Source of the DNA: Gammaproteobacteria bacterium
GTDB taxonomy: Bacteria > Pseudomonadota > Gammaproteobacteria > Eutrophobiales > Eutrophobiaceae
Reading direction: 5' to 3'
Length of the DNA stretch: 64,000 nt
Assembly (NCBI GenBank): GCA_965221695.1
Contig: OZ244905.1
Location: forward strand, 1,568,001-1,632,000
Under the pieces are notes generated by a model. The model saw nothing but the letters and a program-made list of their open reading frames with translations, ran no database searches and was not told the origin of the DNA. Numbering within the stretch: position 1 is the first letter of the stretch; each line of letters starts with the position of its first letter. Positions 24,503-32,087 of the stretch are shown here, in pieces. The position numbers were made by a program, and so were the translations under genes.

Positions 24503-24754
24503 ATGAAACTTGAGTTCACCAAGCATGCAACACGCGTGCTGGCAGAGCGGACAATCCCTCGCATATGGGTGGAACGAACTGTCCGTGAACCGGAACTTCG
24601 ACAACAGGACCCGAATGATCCACTTGTAGAGCGCTTTTACCGTCGCATCCCCGAAAATGGCGGTCGTGTCTTGCGGGTAGCTGTAAACACTAAGGTTGCG
24701 CCGTGGCGGGTGGTAAGTGTATTCTTTGATAGAAGCAAGCGAGAAAAATTATGA
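24503..24754 (+). CDS. DUF4258-like putative RNase toxin
   Basis: FTKHA...RVLRVAVN...VVSVFFDR; ATGA overlap with a DUF2283-like gene. Confidence 0.75.
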   Translation: MKLEFTKHATRVLAERTIPRIWVERTVREPELRQQDPNDPLVERFYRRIPENGGRVLRVAVNTKVAPWRVVSVFFDRSKREKL

Positions 24755-24951
24755 AACTGCATGTCGATAAAGAAGCTGATGCGCTCTACCTGCGTTTGGA
24801 TAATTCAAAAATTGTCGATTCAGAGGAAGTCTCACCGGGAGTCGTTCTCGACTATAATGAAGCCAACGAACTCGTAGGGGTAGAGATGTTGAACCTTTCC
24901 AGACGCTCCTCAAGCATCAAGTGGTCTTCCCTTGAATTTGAAACCTCGTAG
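24751..24951 (+). CDS. DUF2283-like putative antitoxin
   Basis: DKEADALYLRL...EEVSPGVVLDY...LVGVEML signature. Confidence 0.8.
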   Translation: MKLHVDKEADALYLRLDNSKIVDSEEVSPGVVLDYNEANELVGVEMLNLSRRSSSIKWSSLEFETS

Positions 24952-25042
24952 AGCGGCTTTGAAGAACAGACCGAATCGCTACCCGACGATCCTCACCGCA
25001 TGATCTTGGACGAATCAACCTCAATGGTCTAAAGTTACTGGC

Positions 25043-25513
25043 ATGAGCAATAAAATAGATAAAGGTGGACAGTTCCCCGATATCGAACTGAACATTGCCG
25101 GAGGAGGCAGGCTGCGCCTCCCGGGTGATATCAGTACCCCTTATGCCTTCATCCTGTTCTATCGCGGTCATTGGTGACCTTTCTGCCGCCGGCAGTTGGT
25201 CGGCTTCGAAAAACAACGCAAGGCGCTGGCCGAGCTTGGCGTGAGCATTGTTGCGGGTTGCGTGGATTCAGAGGAAAAAACAGCCGAAGTCGCTTCTGAA
25301 CTGGGCTTCCCCGTCGCCTGGGGCATGACTCGCGAGTTAGGTGAACAATTCGGCGCCTGGTGGGACGAAGGGAGAGAATTCATCCAGCCCAGCGAATTTT
25401 TCCTGACCGCTTCAGGCAAGGCGCTCGCTTCCACGTACAGCAGCTCCCCGATAGGCCGGATGGATCCGGAAGACGCCGTCACCCTGGCAAAATTCATCAT
25501 TCAGAAAGCGTAG
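25043..25513 (+). CDS. AhpC/TSA peroxiredoxin-like protein with in-frame UGA (probable selenocysteine, UxxC)
   Basis: MSNKIDKGGQFPDIEL...FILFYRGHW-TGA(25175-25177)-PFCRRQL... continues in frame into the ORF-track fragment 25196-25513. Confidence 0.85.
25188..25204 (+). promoter_or_regulatory. Candidate bacterial SECIS hairpin
   Basis: GCCGGC-AGTTG-GTCGGC stem (one G-U) whose loop starts at nt 17 after UGA, with G at loop position 2. Confidence 0.55.
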
Positions 25514-25548
25514 CAGCGGGTCGGGTCAGCCAGGTCCGACCCGGTATT

Positions 25549-26235
25549 TTACCGCCACAGCATTTCAATGACTGTAATTTCGTTCTCCCCGGTGTTGGTA
25601 TGGCTGTGAGTCTCTCCTCCCGCCTGCCATTGAAAATCGCCGGCTTTGACCTGCCGCGCATTGCCGTTGCCATCTGATATTTCACCCGCGGACAGGTAAA
25701 CTTTTGTAAAGGGAAGATGATGCGTATGAACCCCCGTTTGCTCTCCCGGCTGCAAGTGGATTTCATAGACACTGGCATGGGGTTTTTCCGTTAGCAGGAC
25801 CATGCCGCCGGTATCGCCTTCCAACGCCGCCTTGTCAGCAGATTTGTCGCCCTTGACGCCGATGGCAATAACATGGAATGGCGTTGTGCCGATGTTCCCG
25901 ACACGATGGACATGCGGCAAATCGTGGTTGTCGGAACTGAACCTGATATCACCGGTTTTAACATCTGCGACTCTCCTTTCCTCGCCTAAGGGTTCCGCCC
26001 AGACTTTGGTCCCCACAATCGTGACGTAAAGCAGATCGAGCTTATGTTCATGGTTCAGACTCACGTAACCGGGCGGCAAAAAAACATTCAGGATCATGGC
26101 CTGATCGTTCTCAAACACCAGCTTGTGCTGCGGTTCCTCGTACACCGGTATCCAATCCTGCGCAGATAAAGCGGAGCAACATACCGCCAGGAGGACACTG
26201 CCTAAAACATTACGGAAGCTGATCAATCTACTCAT
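25549..26235 (-). CDS. Secreted double-cupin-like protein
   Basis: Signal peptide; EEPQHKLVFEN, HEH, HVHRVGN, PGEQTGVHTH, HSHTN. Confidence 0.65.
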   Translation of the reverse strand: MSRLISFRNVLGSVLLAVCCSALSAQDWIPVYEEPQHKLVFENDQAMILNVFLPPGYVSLNHEHKLDLLYVTIVGTKVWAEPLGEERRVADVKTGDIRFSSDNHDLPHVHRVGNIGTTPFHVIAIGVKGDKSADKAALEGDTGGMVLLTEKPHASVYEIHLQPGEQTGVHTHHLPFTKVYLSAGEISDGNGNARQVKAGDFQWQAGGETHSHTNTGENEITVIEMLWR

Positions 26236-26551
26236 GTCGTATTATTCTCCTTCAGTAACACAGCAAGTTGCGAATCCTGGGATTTTAATTTTACGAAGTT
26301 CTGACTTAATCTCACAGGTGAGATTTTCAGGCTTGATAATCTTACATTAAAACGTTGACAATATTGCAGTAATTAACCCCGCGCCGGCGACGAGTTGATT
26401 TGAAGAAGTGACCGAATACATCCGTGGCGCGGGACCTGCTTACCGCAGCTTCGTCCATGATCGTCTGTTGGAACACGGTACGGTTGATCAACGATTGCAT
26501 GAGGAGCATACCGTGACGGGTTTACTGTTCTACCGGATACAGAATACAAAT

Positions 26552-26566
26552 TGGTGGCCAGGGACA
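26552..26566. repeat. att-like direct repeat of the tRNA-Phe 3' end
   Basis: TGGTGGCCAGGGACA identical to 28036-28050. Confidence 0.7.
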
Positions 26567-26571
26567 TCTCC

Positions 26572-26655
26572 ATAAAACAATCGAGTTTTTCGGACTTGGC
26601 CTATAAGCAGAAAAAGACGACCCGCAAAGAGCGGTTTCTTGCCGAAATGGATGCA
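26572..26655 (+). pseudogene. IS5-family transposase N-terminal remnant
   Basis: (ATA)KQSSFSDLAYKQKKTTRKERFLAEMDA resembles the IS5 transposase N-terminus (MKQxSF...KKTRRERFLAEM); ends after about 28 codons. Confidence 0.7.
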
Positions 26656-26660
26656 AAGGG

Positions 26661-27890
26661 TTATATCAGGTATCGCAGAAACTCTTCAGCGCTGATTATC
26701 AATACTTTATATTTCCCCAGTTCAACAATATCAAATACATCCGGTTTATTCACAACCTGGAGTACATACGGGCAATTTATTTGCGGCAAAAACACTTTCC
26801 AGTTTTCCGATAATTTTTCCTGGTTCAGCTTTACTTCCACCGGAAACCAGGGCTTGTTGTTCTTCAACAGGAGAAAATCGATTTCCTTTTTTTCCTTGTT
26901 CCTGAGATAGCGCAGTTCATAGTCGCCCTCTCCCGTATCAGTCAGGTAGTCGCAATATTTCAACAAGTGCAATGCTACCAGGTTTTCGAAGCGAGATGCC
27001 TCATTTTCCACCTCGCTCCAATCCCAGAGATACAGTTTTCCCTCTTTTTTTATGGAGCGGGACAGGGATTTTGAGTAGGGCTTGACCTCAAAGAAATAAT
27101 ACAATTCGTTAAGGTACTGCAACCAGCGCCTGACTGTGGTATAGGCTACCTCAAGGTCTTCACTCAACGACGTGATGCTTAACTGGTTAGCTGCGCGCTC
27201 CGGCAACAGACTCGCAAGCATTTCCACCTGGCTTAACTCCGGCAGCCGGCTCAGGTCCCGCAAGTCCTCCCTGATTACTCTCTCCACCCGGTTACGCCGC
27301 CACAGGTTCAGGGTTCTGTCTGTTCCCGCCAACAGAGGCTCCGGGAATGGGCCGAACCGCAGTAACAAAGGCAGGTAATCTCTGGCTCTCCCGCTGATTT
27401 GAATGGAACGGTCGAATACGGCAGGCAATAAGTCAGGAGCGGCAATTCCAGGCTTCCTGCGAAGCATTTCATACAGTGAGAAGGGATGCAGGCGCAGGTG
27501 ATAGTATCTGCCCAGCAGGCTGTCACTGCCTTTCCGGTATACATTCAGGCGCGCGCTGCCGGTCACCAGTATATCGCAGGACATGTCCAGGGTATCGTAA
27601 ACCCCTTTAAGGTTTTTCTTCCAGGATTTTGCCTTGTGCAGTTCATCCAGAACGATTAACGGCCTGGCGTCTTCCTGCGCGGCAGGCGGGATTATCCCGC
27701 TCGGGTCTTTGGTCCAGAGACGGCGGAACTTAATCTCGTCCCAGTTGTAATAACGACCGGTTTCGTACTGTCTTAAAATGCGTTTGGCCAACGTGGTTTT
27801 GCCGCATTGCCTGGCCCCGGACACGAAGGCCATTTTTCCGGATTGAAAACAGACCTCACTGAGTATATTTTCCAGGTAGCGCTCTTTCAT
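26661..27890 (-). CDS. AAA+ ATPase (AAA_14) with C-terminal DUF4143/nuclease-like domain
   Basis: Walker A GARQCGKTT, Walker B VLDELHK, VTGSA, KLYLWD, FENLVA, EIDF...PVEVK. Confidence 0.88.
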   Translation of the reverse strand: MKERYLENILSEVCFQSGKMAFVSGARQCGKTTLAKRILRQYETGRYYNWDEIKFRRLWTKDPSGIIPPAAQEDARPLIVLDELHKAKSWKKNLKGVYDTLDMSCDILVTGSARLNVYRKGSDSLLGRYYHLRLHPFSLYEMLRRKPGIAAPDLLPAVFDRSIQISGRARDYLPLLLRFGPFPEPLLAGTDRTLNLWRRNRVERVIREDLRDLSRLPELSQVEMLASLLPERAANQLSITSLSEDLEVAYTTVRRWLQYLNELYYFFEVKPYSKSLSRSIKKEGKLYLWDWSEVENEASRFENLVALHLLKYCDYLTDTGEGDYELRYLRNKEKKEIDFLLLKNNKPWFPVEVKLNQEKLSENWKVFLPQINCPYVLQVVNKPDVFDIVELGKYKVLIISAEEFLRYLI

Positions 27891-27892
27891 GA

Positions 27893-27976
27893 TGACCATT
27901 TTATCGGCTGTCAATAAAATGGTCAATAAGTGCGAAATTCAGCTGGCCATTTTTTTGTCTACCGATAAAATGGTCA
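27893..27976. promoter_or_regulatory. Two 33-bp palindromic operator-like boxes upstream of the ATPase
   Basis: TGACCATTTTAT-n9-ATAAAATGGTCA (27893-27925) and TGGCCATTTTTT-n9-ATAAAATGGTCA (27944-27976). Confidence 0.6.
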
Positions 27977-28035
27977 AAAGTTGGGTCCGGATGTTAATTT
28001 GCCAGTACCATAAAGATTTTAATGGAACATGCAAC

Positions 28036-28111
28036 TGGTGGCCAGGGACAGAATCGAACTGCCGACACAGGGATTTTCAGTCCCCTGCTCTACCTACTGA
28101 GCTACCTGGCC
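28036..28111 (-). tRNA. tRNA-Phe (GAA)
   Basis: Minus strand GGCCAGGTAGCTCAG...GGGGA-CTGAAAA-TCCCT...GTTCGATTC...GGCCACCA. Confidence 0.96.
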
Positions 28112-28200
28112 AGGGAGATAAGAGCGCCATACCTGTGGCGCTGCGGAGCAAAATAGTGTATTAAATCTGACTCCGGGTTTTCCGTCAAGAGGATATTGCC

Positions 28201-29568
28201 ATGACGCAGGAAGAAATAACGCTTGCACTGCGCGGGACTCTGATACATGCGCCGGCTGTGGGCGTGGTTGAAATTCTTGAAAACGCGCTGATCACAGTGG
28301 ATAACAGCGGTCAAATCGCCGCAGTAACGACTCCGCAAGAACCGGACTACGCGGCGCTGGAGCAGGCGGCGACACGGACAGGCAAGCTCAGGCAACTATC
28401 GCAAAAAGAGTACCTGTTGCCCGGATTGGTCGACACCCATGTGCATGCGCCGCAATGGCCGCAACTGGGCAAAGCGCTGGACCGGCCACTGGATGTATGG
28501 CTGCAGCAGTATACGTTCCCGCTGGAAGCCAGGTATGCCGACCCGGATTTCGCCGAGCGGATTTACCGCAGCCTGGTTCGTACCTTGATCGCCAACGGGA
28601 CGACAACGGCGATGTACTACGCGACCATTCACCTTGAGGCATCAAGCCTCTTGGCAGAAATCTGCCTGGAGCAGGGCCAACGGGCGCTGGTGGGCAAAAT
28701 CGCGATGGATAATCCTGAACAATGCCCCGACTATTACCGCGATGCGAGCGCTGGGCAGGGCTTGGAAGACTCCGAGAACTTCCTGGAGCAGGTACTGGGT
28801 TTACCCGGCAACGCGGGCAGGTTGGCGCTACCGGTGATCACGCCGAGGTTCATCCCCGCGTGCACGGATGAAATGCTGCGGGGATTGGGCAAACTGGCGC
28901 AACGCACCGGTTGTCATATCCAAACCCATTGTTCCGAGGGCGATTGGGAACATGCCTACGTGCTTGACCGCTGCGGAAAAACCGACACGCTTAGCCTGGA
29001 CAGCTTTGGCCTGTTGACCGAAAAGACAGTCCTGGCCCATTGCAACTTTATCGATGACACTGACATGCGGGCGATCAAGGGCGCGGCAACGGGGATCGCG
29101 CATTGCCCGTTATCCAACCTGTATCTAGCCAACGCCGTGTTTCCGGCACGCAAAGCGCTGGACAAGGAATTACAGATCGGCCTGGGCACGGATATCGCCG
29201 GTGGCGCCAACCCCGGTATCCTGCACAACTGTCAAATGGCGGTCACTGCCTCACGCGCGTTGGAGGACGGCGTCAATGCGGAACTCCCGGCAGCGGAACG
29301 GGGCAGGCCCGGCGAGCGCATTGATTTTCGCGAAGCCTTCTGGATGGCCACCGCGGGCGGCGGTGAGGCCCTTGACCTGAAGGTGGGCAAATTCGTTCCG
29401 GGTTACGCATTCGACGCGATCGTGATCGACACGGACGCGCCGGACAGCAATCTCATCATCTGGGATGACCTGGACAGCGATGACGATATTTTACAAAAGA
29501 TCATCTACAACGCCGACCGCCGTAACATCAGACAAGTATGGGTGCAGGGGAGACAGATCAAGGGTTGA
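28201..29568 (+). CDS. guaD: Guanine deaminase
   Basis: PGLVDTHVHAPQ, VITPRF, QTHCSE, HCPLSN, GLGTDIAGG. Confidence 0.9.
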   Translation: MTQEEITLALRGTLIHAPAVGVVEILENALITVDNSGQIAAVTTPQEPDYAALEQAATRTGKLRQLSQKEYLLPGLVDTHVHAPQWPQLGKALDRPLDVWLQQYTFPLEARYADPDFAERIYRSLVRTLIANGTTTAMYYATIHLEASSLLAEICLEQGQRALVGKIAMDNPEQCPDYYRDASAGQGLEDSENFLEQVLGLPGNAGRLALPVITPRFIPACTDEMLRGLGKLAQRTGCHIQTHCSEGDWEHAYVLDRCGKTDTLSLDSFGLLTEKTVLAHCNFIDDTDMRAIKGAATGIAHCPLSNLYLANAVFPARKALDKELQIGLGTDIAGGANPGILHNCQMAVTASRALEDGVNAELPAAERGRPGERIDFREAFWMATAGGGEALDLKVGKFVPGYAFDAIVIDTDAPDSNLIIWDDLDSDDDILQKIIYNADRRNIRQVWVQGRQIKG

Positions 29569-29670
29569 GAGAGTCAGAAAATTTGTGCCTGGCAGCGATA
29601 CGAATTATAATTGGCAGATGACCAAAGCGGTCATTTTCAATACAATCATGAATGAAAGGAAACGTTGTTT

Positions 29671-29949
29671 GTGGAAATCATATGGAACCTCGGCAAGGCA
29701 GCGCGCAACCTACGGAGGCATGGCGTCTCATTTCAAGAGGCGGCTACGGTATTTAATGACCCACTAAGTTTGACTGGATATGACCCTGACCATTCATTTG
29801 AAGAAAACCGTTATATTACAGTCGGGATTTCTCACAATGGACGAGTTATGATGGTAGCCCATTGCGACCGGAATGATCATGTTCGGATCATCAGCGCTTG
29901 AGAACTTACACGCAGAGAAAGAAGACAATATGAAGAAGGAATCACCTGA
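29671..29949 (+). pseudogene. BrnT (DUF497) toxin with premature stop
   Basis: KAARNLRRHGVSFQEAATVF...RIISA-TGA(29899-29901)-ELTRRERRQYE; the stop replaces the conserved Arg of RIISAR. Confidence 0.8.
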
Positions 29950-30136
29950 AAAGATGAAAGACGAGTTACGTCAGGAATATGACCTGTCTGAATTACTCCG
30001 GGGTGGAGTAAAAGGTAAATACGCGAAGCGTATCCGCGCCGGAACCAACCTTGATTTATTACCGGATGATGATTCCAACGCCTCTTGCCGGGAAACAGCG
30101 CAAGAGGAAAACCTCAATCTTACTCACTCAAAGTAA
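29930..30136 (+). CDS. BrnT-associated antitoxin-like protein, C-terminus probably degenerate
   Basis: DELRQEYDLS...GGVKGKYAKR...GTNL signature; overlaps the toxin 3' end. Confidence 0.6.
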   Translation: MKKESPEKMKDELRQEYDLSELLRGGVKGKYAKRIRAGTNLDLLPDDDSNASCRETAQEENLNLTHSK

Positions 30137-30157
30137 AAACAAAGAGTCAGAAACGCA

Positions 30158-30427
30158 TCACGACACCGGCACATACTCCTTCGGTTTGTCTGAGCCTTCA
30201 CCAAAGAAATATTTTTCCATTTCCTCCTCCAGGAACTTGCGCGCCTTTGGCTCAAACGGAGTCAAGCGGTATTCGTTGATCAGCATGGTCTGGTGAGACA
30301 GCCACATTTGCCAGGCTTCCTTGGATACGTTTTCATAGATGCGTTTGCCCAGGTCGCCGGGGTATGGGGGGGCAACCAGGCCCTCCGCTTCCCGGTTCAG
30401 TTTTATACAGTTGACTGTGTTCGCCAT
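30158..30427 (-). CDS. yggX: Fe(II) trafficking/oxidative damage protection protein YggX
   Basis: [35 protein letters not shown]; downstream of mutY. Confidence 0.96.
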   Translation of the reverse strand: MANTVNCIKLNREAEGLVAPPYPGDLGKRIYENVSKEAWQMWLSHQTMLINEYRLTPFEPKARKFLEEEMEKYFFGEGSDKPKEYVPVS

Positions 30428-30444
30428 GATGTTTTCTCCCAGTG

Positions 30445-31485
30445 TTATGCTACCTGCCTCAGCAATGTCTTGACCGGCGCGGCGATAGCTATTTCCATAC
30501 CGCGTTCGGGGTTGTGCCAAAGGTAGCTTTCATTATCCCGTATTGTATCAGCCTTATCCTGGATTACGCCTTTCATCGGCGTAATATCCAGGTGGAAGTG
30601 ACTGAAGCTGTGGCGGATTTGCGGCAGAGTGGTAAGCGCCTCAGACACCAACGCTGCGCGTGACTCTATCCAGTCAGCCAGTTCCGCGCCGGAGCGGTAT
30701 TCCGGGAAGCTCCATAGCCCGCCCCAGATACCGCTTGGCGGGCGTTTTTCCAGCAGGATTTCTCCCTGCTCGTTTTGCAGCAGGGCAAATACCACCTTGC
30801 GTTCCGGCAAGGCTTTTCTGATTTTCCTGGTGGGTAACTGTTGCTGTGCCCCATGGCGTTGCGCATAGCAAGCGGATACCAGCGGACAATCCTCGCAATG
30901 CGGACTACTGCGGGTACAAACAGTGGCGCCCAGGTCCATGATAGCTTGCGTGTAAGCGGCGGTTTGCTGTTGCGGCGTCTCCCGCTCGGCCAACTCCCAC
31001 AAGCGCTTCTCCACTTCTCGCTGCCCCGGCCATCCGTATATGCCGTAGTAGCGGGTCAGCGCCCGTTTTACGTTACCGTCGAGGATAGGCGCGCGCCGGC
31101 CATGCCCCAGACACAGTATCGCGCCCGCGGTGGAACGGCCGATGCCGGGCAATGCCATCAACGCATCCAGGTCAGCAGGCAGGCGGCCCTGGTATTCCTG
31201 GACGATAATCCGGGCGGCCCGGCACATGTTTCTCGCCCTGGCGTAATATCCCAGTCCGGCCCAGAGGCTCAACGCTTGATCCAGAGGCGCGTCAGCCAGT
31301 GTGTGCGCGTCCGGAAACCGTTCAACAAAACGGAGAAAATAAGGGATCACGGTTTTCACCTGGGTCTGTTGCAGCATGATTTCGGAGACCCAGACGCGGT
31401 ATGGGTCCGCATCCTGCTGCCAGGGCAGATCATGCCGGCCATGGCGTTTGAACCAGGGCAGCAATGCGGCAGCCAACTCAGGCAT
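30445..31485 (-). CDS. mutY: A/G-specific adenine glycosylase MutY
   Basis: [31 protein letters not shown], Fe-S cysteines [17 protein letters not shown]. Confidence 0.97.
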   Translation of the reverse strand: MPELAAALLPWFKRHGRHDLPWQQDADPYRVWVSEIMLQQTQVKTVIPYFLRFVERFPDAHTLADAPLDQALSLWAGLGYYARARNMCRAARIIVQEYQGRLPADLDALMALPGIGRSTAGAILCLGHGRRAPILDGNVKRALTRYYGIYGWPGQREVEKRLWELAERETPQQQTAAYTQAIMDLGATVCTRSSPHCEDCPLVSACYAQRHGAQQQLPTRKIRKALPERKVVFALLQNEQGEILLEKRPPSGIWGGLWSFPEYRSGAELADWIESRAALVSEALTTLPQIRHSFSHFHLDITPMKGVIQDKADTIRDNESYLWHNPERGMEIAIAAPVKTLLRQVA

Positions 31486-32038
31486 CGGGCGCACTGCCAG
31501 CGAGTCTCTCCATTGTTAATATGCTCTCTTGCGCCTCCTTGACCATCTTGCGTTTCAGAAAATACGGACCAATAGCGGGGGGGATCCAGAAATCAGGCTC
31601 CAGATTGAAGCTGTAGACCATTTCAGAGCGGCCCCGGCCGCGCGCTTTGATCTGCCATTCAGCCCTGCCGGATTTAAAATCGCTCTGCTTCGGAACCATG
31701 TGCGCTACCAGCCTGCCTTCGGGGAACAGCTCCACATCTTCGACCATGACCGCCTTGAAACAGAAAAATACGATGCAGGTACCGACGACAAGCCGGCGCC
31801 GGGTCTTGTCTTCGGGCGCATCCTTGACAAGCGAAGATTCGAGCATCACTTCGCTGAGTTGATGAAAATTCTCGTGATCCGTAAGTAGCGCCAATAAGTC
31901 TTCCTTCCCGGCATCAACTTGCATGACCAGGTGCAACCGATAATCGTTACCCTCATGTTCCACATGGGCGGACTCTATCTCGCCGGCGCCCGACAGGCCG
32001 CTGAAAAACACCAGGTGAACTATAAAAAGCAACCGCAT
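31478..32038 (-). CDS. SRPBCC/START-like exported protein
   Basis: Signal peptide; CIVFFC and EPDFWIPPAIG pattern. Confidence 0.6.
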   Translation of the reverse strand: MRLLFIVHLVFFSGLSGAGEIESAHVEHEGNDYRLHLVMQVDAGKEDLLALLTDHENFHQLSEVMLESSLVKDAPEDKTRRRLVVGTCIVFFCFKAVMVEDVELFPEGRLVAHMVPKQSDFKSGRAEWQIKARGRGRSEMVYSFNLEPDFWIPPAIGPYFLKRKMVKEAQESILTMERLAGSAPDA

Positions 32039-32087
32039 AGGCGCAAGCCAATGAGTTATGCCAAGCCGGCTTTCAATAATACAATGA

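Noticed and set aside
26400-26550. Possible gene fragment (EEVTEYIRGAGPAYRSFVHDRLL...)
   Set aside because: No start codon or recognisable family; needs a BLASTx search.
29899-29901. Second in-frame TGA as possible selenocysteine
   Set aside because: It aligns with a conserved Arg, not Cys, and I saw no SECIS-like stem.
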